DNA of 32,000 bases from Psychrobacter sp. HD31 (GCF_051097895.1 NZ_CP142525.1:1170001-1202000), one strand, 5' to 3'; shown: positions 1 through 9,830, numbered from the stretch's first letter. The notes: a model not told the origin generated them from the letters alone. Translations and numbers: made by a program.

Positions 1-216
1 TGCTTGCCCAATGTTTACTTTGGTTACACGCAGTTTGTCCGCATCTGGGTGTTGCTCTACTTCTACAACCTCACCAACCACAACGCCTGTAAAAGGCTTG
101 GCTACGCTAAATTTGTCGTCTAACTCTAGCCCTGCCATGGTTAGCTGCTCTGCCAACCCATCGCTGTCCACGCTTGGGTTAACCCACTCACGTAACCAAT
201 TTTCACTTATTTTCAT
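1..216 (-). CDS. pheT: Phenylalanine--tRNA ligase beta subunit, first 72 codons (gene runs off the left edge)
   Basis: Absent from the ORF track because it has no stop in the window. Reverse-strand translation from ATG at 216 gives [72 protein letters not shown]. This matches the conserved PheT N-terminus (E. coli [14 protein letters not shown]...[13 protein letters not shown], recalled from memory). The + strand ORF 11..247 is its antisense shadow. Confidence 0.93.
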   Translation of the reverse strand, partial: MKISENWLREWVNPSVDSDGLAEQLTMAGLELDDKFSVAKPFTGVVVGEVVEVEQHPDADKLRVTKVNIGQA

Positions 217-289
217 AATTTACTCTATTGTTTTGTTTAACTTTTAATTTGTTTAACTCTTCAAAAAATCCACTTAAAAAATAACTTCT

Positions 290-895
290 TTAATCTGTTC
301 TTAACCAACCTTGTTCTACCGCATAATTAATACTATTTATAAACCATGCATAAACCTCTAAGTTCTCATGCTCTATAAATGCATGCATTTTTAATACTTG
401 GTCTTTATGGATATTCATATCCTTCCAAGCTTGACCTTCACTTGTCATGTTATGCAAAAAGGGCAAAAGTCTGTCCACTACCTTTAATAGTTTGGTTTCT
501 TTACTTGTCCCAAATTCTTGCTCGTCCCATAAACTTAGTAAATTACTAATATTGTTGCCTTTATGGTTAGCTAAATTTTCAATACTTTCTCTTTCGGCAA
601 TGTGAGCATTGCTACGATTTTCACTATATAAAAACGTATCCCCTGCTTCCATTTCGCCAAGGTCGTGCACCAATGCTAATTGGATTATTTTGCCAATGTC
701 ATAATCCTGACCATCTTGTTTATTAAACATTTCTGCAAACGCCCAACACGCCATTGCCAAATGCCAAGAATGCTCAGCCGAATTTTCTACTCGCTTTCCA
801 CCATTAATGTAAGTTTTACGATTAACCGACTTTAACTCATCAAGTTTAAATAAGAACTCATTTATCTCGGTTAAGCGTTGCGAATTTTTTAACAT
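290..895 (-). CDS. HD-domain phosphohydrolase, YfbR/HDDC2-like (HD_3) 5'-deoxynucleotidase family
   Basis: 201-aa ORF with an ATG start. It has the H...HD...D metal-ligand pattern: NSAEHSWHLAMACWAFAE and LALVHDLGEMEAGD. Sampled lines are about 30-35% GC, against about 47% in flanking pheS/pheT. Confidence 0.8.
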   Translation of the reverse strand: MLKNSQRLTEINEFLFKLDELKSVNRKTYINGGKRVENSAEHSWHLAMACWAFAEMFNKQDGQDYDIGKIIQLALVHDLGEMEAGDTFLYSENRSNAHIAERESIENLANHKGNNISNLLSLWDEQEFGTSKETKLLKVVDRLLPFLHNMTSEGQAWKDMNIHKDQVLKMHAFIEHENLEVYAWFINSINYAVEQGWLRTD

Positions 896-954
896 AAACT
901 TTACGATTTTTGCTCTTTAATTGATATTTGTAATATCTTTTACCGATACAATTA

Positions 955-1290
955 TCAAAATTTATCTTTAATAAAAACAAAAATCGACAACCCTGCCAAA
1001 ATAATACCCCAATGTTCCATTGGTATAAAAAATAACGAGTGTTTATCTTTCATGATAACTTCTTGACCAGTTTCTTTATCAATAAAAACCTTTGCTTTAC
1101 GAGTATTTAGCCAATTTCCTAAAAAGCCTGATATTAAGCCTGCAAGTAATAAAGCAATTGCTAATGGTGCTGAATTTTCTTGGTAATAGGTTTCACTACC
1201 CATCATTTTCTCACTGAACCACTCTAAAAGAAAAGAACACCCAAAAGTAATAACAGCGACTAAAAAGCCCCAACCGTTCCAAATAATCAT
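955..1290 (-). CDS. Small integral membrane protein, three predicted TM helices, no family recognised
   Basis: 111-aa ORF with an ATG start. Hydrophobic stretches are WGFLVAVITFGCSFLLEWF, PLAIALLLAGLISGFLGNWL and WGIILAGLSIFVFI. An open frame of this length in about 30% GC sequence is unlikely by chance. It is on the same strand as, and 59 nt upstream of, the HD gene. Confidence 0.6.
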   Translation of the reverse strand: MIIWNGWGFLVAVITFGCSFLLEWFSEKMMGSETYYQENSAPLAIALLLAGLISGFLGNWLNTRKAKVFIDKETGQEVIMKDKHSLFFIPMEHWGIILAGLSIFVFIKDKF

Positions 1291-1423
1291 AAATTTTCTC
1301 TACTGTAATGTTATCAAAAATCCAGTCAATCCTATCATCTATAAAAAATTCAAACAAAAACACGAAGCTGATATAGCCTTGGTAGTAGCAAATTGTCGCT
1401 GCTCTAATCAACAGTTTATTTTC

Positions 1424-2509
<1,086 letters not shown>

Positions 2510-2534
2510 TTATGTCTATTTATAAAACTCTTTA

Positions 2535-2562
2535 ATTTTAATGATTTAGCTAAAATTTGCAA
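2535..2562 (-). promoter_or_regulatory. Candidate sigma70 promoter for pheS (TTGCAA-16 nt-TAAAAT)
   Basis: Read on the minus strand, downstream of the rplT terminator and about 75 nt upstream of the pheS ATG. AT-rich DNA generates many false -10 boxes, so this is weak. Confidence 0.3.
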
Positions 2563-2606
2563 TCAATTTAATACTTTTTTTAATAAAACTTATTTATAGA
2601 ACAAAT

Positions 2607-2639
2607 AAAAAAACTACCGTCTTAAAATAAGAGCGGTAG
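2607..2639 (-). terminator. Rho-independent terminator after rplT
   Basis: Minus strand reads CTACCGCTCTTATTTTAAGACGGTAG followed by TTTTTTT. A second 8-bp hairpin (GCTTGCTT/AAGCAAGC, 2647..2668) lies just upstream. Confidence 0.7.
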
Positions 2640-2696
2640 CTTTAACGCTTGCTTAATAAAAAGCAAGCTAACTGATGTTTATACAGCTATAGCAAA

Positions 2697-3053
2697 TTAA
2701 GCCAAAGCTTCTTTTGCTTTATCAGTTAATGCTGTAAATGCGTTTGCATCATGCATAGCAATATCAGCAAGTACACGACGGTCGATGTCGATATTTGCTT
2801 TTTTCAAACCATTAATAAAACGGCTATAGCTTAAACCATTTTGACGAGCGCCAGCATTGATACGAGCAATCCATAAACGACGGAATGAACGTTTTTTGTT
2901 GCGGCGGTCACGGTAAGCATATTGACCAGCTTTAGTTACAGCTTGTACTGCAACACGATAAACACGTGAACGGGCACCGTAGTAGCCTTTTGCACGAGCT
3001 AAGATTTTTTTGTGACGGCGGTTAGCCTGTACACCACGTTTTACACGAGCCAT
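2697..3053 (-). CDS. rplT: 50S ribosomal protein L20
   Basis: 118 aa. [35 protein letters not shown]... is a canonical L20 sequence. Confidence 0.97.
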   Translation of the reverse strand: MARVKRGVQANRRHKKILARAKGYYGARSRVYRVAVQAVTKAGQYAYRDRRNKKRSFRRLWIARINAGARQNGLSYSRFINGLKKANIDIDRRVLADIAMHDANAFTALTDKAKEALA

Positions 3054-3095
3054 AATAGTCTCCTAAAATATATAGTTGTTTAAGTCAAAAGTTGA

Positions 3096-3293
3096 TTAGA
3101 TGTATGGGCACATACGACGAATTGATGCTTCGTCTGATTTATGAACCATCTTCAAACCACGTAATTGACGGATACGCTTAGGAGATTTTTTAGTCAAGAT
3201 GTGGCTCTTGAACGCTTGCTTACGCTTAAAACCGTTAGCTGTTTTCTTAAAGCGTTTTGCAGCACCACGTTTGGTCTTCATTTTCACTTTCAT
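3096..3293 (-). CDS. rpmI: 50S ribosomal protein L35
   Basis: 65 aa. [33 protein letters not shown] is canonical L35. An SD-like AAAGAGG lies upstream. Confidence 0.95.
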   Translation of the reverse strand: MKVKMKTKRGAAKRFKKTANGFKRKQAFKSHILTKKSPKRIRQLRGLKMVHKSDEASIRRMCPYI

Positions 3294-3780
3294 GATAGAT
3301 AGCCTCTTTCTCTTTTAACCCCATTATGCAAGCATAAAGGGCACACTTTTTTAAGAACCTGTTTGTCGGTATAAGATGTATTCTTATCCGCCTTGAGGTG
3401 GGAGGCAGTATTTTAGCAAAAACACATCTGCAATGCCAATATTTTTTCTTGTTTTTTAATAAGCTAAAGCAATTAAGCAAAAAAAATCTATTGCCCAATA
3501 GATAAAGTGCTGTTAACCTTAACCAAATATTTTATTTGTAGCTTATCCTGCTATCCGCGTTATTTAATCCAGCTGTTATTACCGTGCTTTATGGCTAGTT
3601 TCGTGCCTCTTCTGCAATATCGTCTCTCGCTGTTCACGTTATACAATTATTGGTTTTATATGAGCTATTATCAGGGTTATGTACAACCACATCTCACATT
3701 TTTTAATTAAGCTTATGCTAGGCTAAAAAACCAAGCGTTTGAAACTTAACTAACACAAACATACCAAAACGAACAAAACT

Positions 3781-4620
3781 ATGACTACCCCAAATTGGAT
3801 AAACGAAATTAATTTTAATGAAGATGGCTTAGTGCCAGTTATTGCACAAGACAATATAACTGGACGCAACTTAATGATGGCATGGATGAATGCCGAAAGC
3901 CTAGAGTTAACTGCAAAAACTAAAACGGCTGTGTATTTTTCTCGCTCTCGCCAAAAGTTATGGCATAAAGGTGAGACCTCTGGACATACTCAACAAGTAC
4001 ATAATATACGCCTAGATTGCGATGCCGATGTGATTGTATTATCAGTGACACAAATTGGTGGTATTGCTTGCCACACTGGGCGTGAGTCTTGCTTTTATAG
4101 AGAGCTGGACTTAGCTACCGACACAAACGGTGAGCCAACATGGCAAGTTACCGACCCAGTACTCAAAAATCCAGATGATATTTATGGCGAAGGTAATGGT
4201 CATAGTCATGAACACGAAAATCCAGCACAAGCAACCAACGTAACAGCAATAACAGATGCTAACTTGGTACTATCTGCCCTAGATGACATATTGGCAGAAC
4301 GTAAAACAGCTAGCCCAGATAGCTCATATGTTGCCAGCCTATACCACAAAGGCATAAACAAAGTTTTAGAAAAAGTAGGTGAAGAATCGGTTGAGTCCAT
4401 TATTGCTGCAAAAGACTACCAAACAGCCATTGATAGCAATGCAAATGAAACACAGTTGGCTGACACACGCCATGAGCTGATTTATGAAGTTGCCGATGTT
4501 TGGTTTCATACAATGGTGACATTGGCTTGGTTTGACATTAAATCTGATGTGATTTTAACAGAGCTGGCACGCCGTTTTGGGTTATCTGGCATTGAAGAAA
4601 AAGCCAATAGAAGCAAATAA
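3781..4620 (+). CDS. hisIE: Bifunctional phosphoribosyl-AMP cyclohydrolase / phosphoribosyl-ATP pyrophosphatase
   Basis: 279 aa. HisI part: [38 protein letters not shown]...[12 protein letters not shown]. HisE part: [21 protein letters not shown] and [15 protein letters not shown]. It is longer than the roughly 200-aa E. coli enzyme because of a linker and an insertion in HisE. Confidence 0.93.
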   Translation: MTTPNWINEINFNEDGLVPVIAQDNITGRNLMMAWMNAESLELTAKTKTAVYFSRSRQKLWHKGETSGHTQQVHNIRLDCDADVIVLSVTQIGGIACHTGRESCFYRELDLATDTNGEPTWQVTDPVLKNPDDIYGEGNGHSHEHENPAQATNVTAITDANLVLSALDDILAERKTASPDSSYVASLYHKGINKVLEKVGEESVESIIAAKDYQTAIDSNANETQLADTRHELIYEVADVWFHTMVTLAWFDIKSDVILTELARRFGLSGIEEKANRSK

Positions 4621-4713
4621 AAATCAACCTGTTAGATATGGCTAAGTATAATGTTTTTAAAAAGATTTATGCTATAATATACAAAATTGCATAATTTACA
4701 AAAGGAGCCTAAG

Positions 4714-4938
4714 ATGGGCGGACTATCTATTACACACTGGTTAATACTTTTAGTAGTTGTCGCACTTGTATTTGGCACATCAAAACTAAAGAACATAGGC
4801 AAAGACGTAGGCGGCGCAGTCAAAGACTTTAAAGATGCCGTTAACGACGAAGAACAAGAACACGCCAACCGTGTCATTGACCATCAAAACACCACAAACA
4901 ATGACACCCTAAAAAACAAAAACGAACAAAATGTTTAG
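4714..4938 (+). CDS. tatA: Twin-arginine translocase subunit TatA
   Basis: [40 protein letters not shown] is a typical TatA/E sequence. I chose the start at ATG 4714 because AAGGAG (4702..4707) sits 6 nt upstream. The ORF-track start at 4687 is an upstream extension. Confidence 0.9.
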   Translation: MGGLSITHWLILLVVVALVFGTSKLKNIGKDVGGAVKDFKDAVNDEEQEHANRVIDHQNTTNNDTLKNKNEQNV

Positions 4939-4970
4939 CCCCAAGCTATAACAAACCGTAACGAGCCAGC

Positions 4971-5303
4971 ATGTTTGATATTGGATTCTCAGAAATTTTA
5001 GTTTTTGGGGCCATCGCCTTAATTGTCCTTGGTCCAGAAAAACTCCCACAAGCAGCCCGAACGGCTGGCAAATGGTATAGCAAAGCCAGACGCACCATGG
5101 CAAACCTACAAGCCGAACTAGAAAACGAACTCGACCTTGCAGAAACCCGTAAACAAATGCAAGCCGAACTCACCAAAATACGTGAAGCCGAAGCCAATAT
5201 GCAAAAAGAACTGCGTGAAATGCGTGGCAACATGCAAAAACTACAAGAAGAACAAAACCAAGAACTGGCTCAAACCAAACAAGCTGACACCCATCATGAC
5301 TAA
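4971..5303 (+). CDS. tatB: Twin-arginine translocase subunit TatB
   Basis: MFDIGFSEILVFGAIALIVLGPEKLPQAARTAGKWY followed by an amphipathic/charged tail. Confidence 0.9.
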   Translation: MFDIGFSEILVFGAIALIVLGPEKLPQAARTAGKWYSKARRTMANLQAELENELDLAETRKQMQAELTKIREAEANMQKELREMRGNMQKLQEEQNQELAQTKQADTHHD

Positions 5304-6096
5304 CACACCACAAGATACGCCCCCCATCTTATCTAAAGATGAAATAGAAGCAGATGACAGCTTAGCAAACTCACCAATTATTGACCACTTAGTAGAACTG
5401 CGTCGTCGTTTGGTAAAAGTATTTGCTGGCGTATTGGTTATCTTTTTAGCACTGATTGGCTTTTCTCGCCAATTATACGACTTTTTCTCTGACCCTTTGG
5501 TGGCTCAGTTACCTGCCAATGCCTCAATGATAGCAACCGATGTGACCACCCCATTTATGGCACCACTTCGGTTAACCTTGTTTGTTGCTGCCTTTATTGC
5601 CATGCCTTATATTTTGTATCAGGTATGGGCATTTGTGGCACCAGGGCTGTATAAAAAAGAGAAAAAAATCGCCATTCCTATTTTGTTGGCTTCGGTTGTT
5701 TTATTTTATGCGGGGGTGGCATTTGCTTATTTTATTGTACTACAAGGTGTCTTAAAGTTTTTTATTGTGTTTTCGCCAGAAAATGTGTTGCCGATGACGG
5801 ATATTAATAGTTATCTTAGTTTTGCGATGAAGTTGTTTTTGGTGTTTGGGGCAACGTTTGAGATTCCTGTGGTGACGTTATTGTTGGTGTTGGCAGGGGT
5901 GGTATCTACTGAGGCTTTAGAAGATAAACGCCGTTATATTATTGTGGGCTGTTTTGCGGTTGCTGCGATTGTGACGCCACCTGATGGGGTGTCTATGTTG
6001 ATGCTTGCTATCCCTATGTGGTTATTGTTTGAACTCGGGCTGGTTTTGGCTAAGGTTTTGGTTAAAGAGAAACAAACAAATGCGGTTGTTGGGTAA
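5296..6096 (+). CDS. tatC: Twin-arginine translocase subunit TatC
   Basis: 266 aa from ATG 5296, overlapping the tatB stop by 8 nt. Conserved HLVELRRRL and PGLYKKEK motifs and six hydrophobic segments are present. The ORF-track start at 5137 adds a Lys/Cys-rich out-of-frame overlap with tatB that I regard as spurious. Confidence 0.93.
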   Translation: MTNTPQDTPPILSKDEIEADDSLANSPIIDHLVELRRRLVKVFAGVLVIFLALIGFSRQLYDFFSDPLVAQLPANASMIATDVTTPFMAPLRLTLFVAAFIAMPYILYQVWAFVAPGLYKKEKKIAIPILLASVVLFYAGVAFAYFIVLQGVLKFFIVFSPENVLPMTDINSYLSFAMKLFLVFGATFEIPVVTLLLVLAGVVSTEALEDKRRYIIVGCFAVAAIVTPPDGVSMLMLAIPMWLLFELGLVLAKVLVKEKQTNAVVG

Positions 6097-6100
6097 GACT

Positions 6101-6691
6101 TTATAAGTTTAAGCCTTCAACTTTTTTACCGCAACTCTCAGGGAACTCTGTTAAGTCATCATCATCCACATCATAGCCATGATAGAAAAATACTTTTTCT
6201 TTTGGTGTAAAAATATCATTAATATTATAGCTGTCACATAGCTTCAAAAATACATAAAATACTTCTGATGCGCCAGTATCAATTTTTAGTCTTGCAGATA
6301 AATTATTGTGTATAAAACTTAAGGTACACCAAAATCGAACACAACACCTTAAAATGAAATCTTTCTCTTTTTCTGACATGAATAAAAAATTTTTTTCACG
6401 CAATTTAGAGAGCTTCTCGATTCGCCAATCCAACCCATAGAATTGATAGTCTGGATAATTTTTATTTAATTCGAAATCTTTCAGTGCAATTAGTACCGCC
6501 AAAGGGGAAGAAGAATCTTCATAAGAAAAAAAATTTACAAACTCTAAAATTGTTTTTATGAAATCAGTTTCGATCTCAAAGTATTTATCTAAATTTTCTT
6601 TGCCAAACTTTTTGACGAATTCTTCTATATCTAACCAATCATCATCACTGGTCAAAGGATCATCATAAACAGTAATCAAATAGTTTTGCAT
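6101..6691 (-). CDS. Hypothetical acidic protein, no family recognised
   Basis: 196-aa ORF with an ATG start. By my count it has 38 D/E against 23 K/R, including runs SDDD and DVDDDD. Sampled lines are 22-42% GC (mean about 30%), lower than its neighbours. Its stop is 4 bp from the tatC stop (convergent). Confidence 0.6.
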   Translation of the reverse strand: MQNYLITVYDDPLTSDDDWLDIEEFVKKFGKENLDKYFEIETDFIKTILEFVNFFSYEDSSSPLAVLIALKDFELNKNYPDYQFYGLDWRIEKLSKLREKNFLFMSEKEKDFILRCCVRFWCTLSFIHNNLSARLKIDTGASEVFYVFLKLCDSYNINDIFTPKEKVFFYHGYDVDDDDLTEFPESCGKKVEGLNL

Positions 6692-6823
6692 AATTAAAAC
6701 TTCTCATTATTATGTCATTAATCAAAATAATAGCATAAATAACAAAAATTCAATTTAAAAACCATATACAATAGTAACCTTTATTTAATTATCATCATCT
6801 CCCAAAAAAAGCGTGAGCCAAAA

Positions 6824-8314
6824 ATGACCCAGCTGCAAGCCTATGAAGCCAACCCAACCGAAGAGCAAATTAACGCTCTGCAAATGGCGTTGGACGGCAA
6901 GTCTTTTAAAGTAGTGGCATACGCAGGTGCTGGTAAAACCACTACACTTAAATTAATTGGCGAACGGCTGGGCGGCCGCGGGCTTTACCTGGCCTTTAAC
7001 AAAGCCATTGCAAACGAAGCACAACAAAAATTTCCTAATCACGTTGAATGCCGTACCTTTCATTCACTTGCTTATCGTCACGTACCCAGAGAAGTTACTG
7101 CCAAACTATCACTCCCTAGATTTTCACCTGCCCGCATTGGTAGTGATTTAGGATTACAAAAAATACAAATCCGAAGAAAAATTGAAGGCAAAAGCACGCC
7201 TGTAACCTTTACGCCAGCCAGGCTGGCTAGGTTTGTTAGTGATGCCGTCAGTAATTTTTGTGCCACCCATGCTAGCTACCCTGCGCCACGTCATTTACAG
7301 TTTCCTAAATGGGTTAGTGACGAGGATGCAGAAAGTTTAAGAGAACTGCTATATCCAGCAGTAGAACAGCGTTGGTTACAGTCGATTGATGCCCGCCACC
7401 CCGCTGGCATTGGGCATGATATTTACCTAAAACTTTGGGCACTATCAAAGCCCATCATCCCTGCCGACTTTATTTTGTTTGATGAAGCACAAGATGCCGA
7501 CCCACTCATGATGGGCATATTAACCCAACAGCAAAGCCAAGTTATTTATGTGGGCGACGCTCACCAGCAAATTTATGAATGGCGAGGGGCAGTAAATGCA
7601 ATGAAGCGTTTGCCACTACCGCAAACTTTGCTCACGCAATCTTTTAGATTTGGTGAAGGTATTGCCGATGTTGCTAATGTGTTTTTAAAAGCATTACAAG
7701 AAGAAGTGCCTTTGCGTGGTAATCCAGATAAAAAATCAACCACAGCAAAAAGTTTGGTTAATGGTTCAAAAGATGCCATACTTTGCCGTACCAATGCCTC
7801 TGCCATGTTACAGTTACTAAATGGCTTAAAACGTGGTCATAAAATTGCCTTACAAGCAGATACCGACAGAATGCTTAAATTTTGCCAATCTGCCGAAAAC
7901 TTAAAAAATGGTAAACCAGCATTTGGCGTGCCAGAGCTTGCCTATTTTTATAACTGGTCAGAAGTGCAAGAATATGCTGAAAGCAACGAGGGTAATGATA
8001 TAAAAACCCTTGTTAAACTTGTTGATGAACACGGCTCAAATACCATTAAACAAGCCGTAAGCAGCCTATCAGATATGGATAGTGCTGATTATGTGATTTC
8101 TACCGCTCATAAGGCAAAAGGGCTTGAATGGTCCCGCGTACAACTTGATGATGATTTTTATTATGATGTAAGCAAGCATGGCGTAAAAATTAGCCCAGAA
8201 GAATTGCGACTTTTGTATGTTGCTTGCACTCGTGCCCAACAAAATTTGGACATTCATCATATCTCAGATTTAATCAGTGGTTTAAAAAGTGGTAAAAAGC
8301 TGATTCAAAATTAA
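6824..8314 (+). CDS. Superfamily 1 DNA helicase, UvrD/Fbh1-like (AAA_19 plus UvrD_C_2 type)
   Basis: 496 aa. Walker A is AYAGAGKTTTL and Walker B is ILFDEAQDADP. Further helicase motifs: YVGDAHQQIYEWRGA, LTQSFRFG, ISTAHKAKGLEWSRV, LLYVACTRAQQNL. Confidence 0.85.
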   Translation: MTQLQAYEANPTEEQINALQMALDGKSFKVVAYAGAGKTTTLKLIGERLGGRGLYLAFNKAIANEAQQKFPNHVECRTFHSLAYRHVPREVTAKLSLPRFSPARIGSDLGLQKIQIRRKIEGKSTPVTFTPARLARFVSDAVSNFCATHASYPAPRHLQFPKWVSDEDAESLRELLYPAVEQRWLQSIDARHPAGIGHDIYLKLWALSKPIIPADFILFDEAQDADPLMMGILTQQQSQVIYVGDAHQQIYEWRGAVNAMKRLPLPQTLLTQSFRFGEGIADVANVFLKALQEEVPLRGNPDKKSTTAKSLVNGSKDAILCRTNASAMLQLLNGLKRGHKIALQADTDRMLKFCQSAENLKNGKPAFGVPELAYFYNWSEVQEYAESNEGNDIKTLVKLVDEHGSNTIKQAVSSLSDMDSADYVISTAHKAKGLEWSRVQLDDDFYYDVSKHGVKISPEELRLLYVACTRAQQNLDIHHISDLISGLKSGKKLIQN

Positions 8315-8354
8315 AAAAATGCCAAATTATAAAACATGGCATTGTTTGTTTTTG
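8313..8354. terminator. Bidirectional hairpin terminator between the helicase (+) and flavodoxin (-) genes
   Basis: AATGCCA (8318..8324) pairs with TGGCATT (8337..8343) around a 12-nt loop. An A-run lies on the left and GTTTGTTTTTG on the right. Confidence 0.55.
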
Positions 8355-8382
8355 TCTTTAACAATGGTAAATAACCAAACGC

Positions 8383-8919
8383 TTATTTGTTTTCCATTTG
8401 TTTAAATTGCGGTAATATGTCGTCCAACCACTGCATAACCCGCCCTTCTGTTAGCTCACTTTGGCAATCTTCATCCAAAGCTAATCCAACAAATTTACCA
8501 TCGTCTCTTAATGCGGTTGAGCTCGTAAAATCATAACCTTTATTTGCCCACTGCCCAATTATTTTTGCACCCATTTTTTCAAAAAGGTCAGCAAAAAATC
8601 CCATCGAGTCTAAAAACCACTCGGCATAACCCTCTTGGTCGCCAAGCCCATAAAACGCAATGGTTTGATGAGATAAATCGGTCGTTTTATCCATATAGTC
8701 AAGAAAGTCTTGCCAATCATCTTGGTGGTCACCAAAACACCAAGTGGGGATACCTATTATCAAACGCTCATAGGTAAACATTTCAGTTGAATCATCTAAA
8801 TAATGAATGTCTTGTACATCTATGTCGATACCACGTTTGGTGGTTTCTGCTTGTATCATCTCGGCAACTTCTTCTGTGTTACCGCTGGTGCTTCCGTAAA
8901 ATAAACCAATGTTTTTCAT
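8383..8919 (-). CDS. fldA: Long-chain flavodoxin
   Basis: 178 aa. MKNIGLFYGSTSGNTEEVAEMIQ is the FMN phosphate loop. GIPTW, YGLGDQEGYAEWF and FVGLALDEDCQSELTEGRV parallel E. coli FldA (recalled from memory). Confidence 0.9.
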   Translation of the reverse strand: MKNIGLFYGSTSGNTEEVAEMIQAETTKRGIDIDVQDIHYLDDSTEMFTYERLIIGIPTWCFGDHQDDWQDFLDYMDKTTDLSHQTIAFYGLGDQEGYAEWFLDSMGFFADLFEKMGAKIIGQWANKGYDFTSSTALRDDGKFVGLALDEDCQSELTEGRVMQWLDDILPQFKQMENK

Positions 8920-8945
8920 ATAGCAACTCTTATAATTAGGGTTTT

Positions 8946-9830
8946 TTATAATGACTTTTTGTTTTTATTATGCAACCTGTACAGACTATCGCAATATTGA
9001 GGTTTTGCCAACAAATTTTGCAAATATTGTGCTACAGCTTCTTGTTTATGATTACCAATGACTTCCAGTTTTGGTAAGGTATCTTTTACTTTTTGATCAG
9101 CATTTGCCATCACACAGCCTTTACCAACACTCTGCAGCATCTCAATATCATTCATGCCATCACCAAAGGCGATGCAATCACTTAGTGCATACCCACGCAT
9201 AGCGGTTAGTTCGCTTAGTGTTTTACCTTTATTGACACCTTTTGCCATTAGCTCAAAACAAGTGGGCATTGAATGCGTAATTTGCACAACATCAGCAAAA
9301 TGCTGAGTTACATACGCCTCAACTGGTGCTAGCCCTATTGGGTTGTCTACGTCTTTAGCAATAAAGAATATTTTTTCTACGGCTTGCGTGTGTTGCGTAT
9401 TAAAATCAGTCAGTTTATAACTATAGCCAGACTCAGCAAAATATTGTTGCCATTCTGGCACAGGTTGGTTAATGAACCAATCATCCCCCTGATAACTGTT
9501 TAAATAAACCTTTGTCGTATCAAATGGCGTTTGAAATAGCCCCTTAGCAATGTTTGGCTCAATATAATGATGTAGTACTTTTTTGCCATTTAAAAAATCT
9601 GCCCTTGCACCATTTGACGTTACCAGCACCACATCATCAATTGCCAATTTTTTTACCATTTTGTATACATCTGGGTAATTACGCCCAGTCGCAATAAAAA
9701 TATCTACCCCCAAATTAGTACATTGTTTTAATGTTTTAATTGTCAAATCGCCAAGTTTATGTTCTGCATTTAGCAAGGTGCCATCTAAGTCAAAAATAGC
9801 TGCTTTGTAAGGAAAGGAGGCGTTAGTCAT
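8946..9830 (-). CDS. Cof-type HAD-IIB family hydrolase (sugar-phosphatase-like)
   Basis: 294 aa. HAD motif I is AAIFDLDGTLLN. FIATGRNYP and FGDGMNDIEML (motif IV) are present, with a cap domain between them. Confidence 0.88.
   Translation of the reverse strand: MTNASFPYKAAIFDLDGTLLNAEHKLGDLTIKTLKQCTNLGVDIFIATGRNYPDVYKMVKKLAIDDVVLVTSNGARADFLNGKKVLHHYIEPNIAKGLFQTPFDTTKVYLNSYQGDDWFINQPVPEWQQYFAESGYSYKLTDFNTQHTQAVEKIFFIAKDVDNPIGLAPVEAYVTQHFADVVQITHSMPTCFELMAKGVNKGKTLSELTAMRGYALSDCIAFGDGMNDIEMLQSVGKGCVMANADQKVKDTLPKLEVIGNHKQEAVAQYLQNLLAKPQYCDSLYRLHNKNKKSL

Noticed and set aside
11-247. 78-aa + strand ORF at the left edge
   Set aside because: It is the antisense shadow of the pheT N-terminus, which gives an unmistakable PheT translation on the minus strand. 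The + frame product is low-complexity (S/T/L-rich).
3507-3710. 67-aa ORF in the rpmI/hisIE intergenic region
   Set aside because: It has no SD, an aromatic/Leu-rich composition typical of AT-rich non-coding translation, and no recognisable motif.
5137-5295. Lys/Cys-rich N-terminal extension of the tatC ORF (MQKPVNKCKPNSPKYVKPK...)
   Set aside because: It lies entirely inside tatB in another frame. The TatC homology begins after the ATG at 5296, which overlaps the tatB stop in the usual coupled arrangement.
6824-8314. Helicase as the GajB component of a Gabija system
   Set aside because: No OLD/TOPRIM ATPase-nuclease (GajA-like) gene is adjacent. The neighbours are an unrelated acidic ORF on the opposite strand and flavodoxin.
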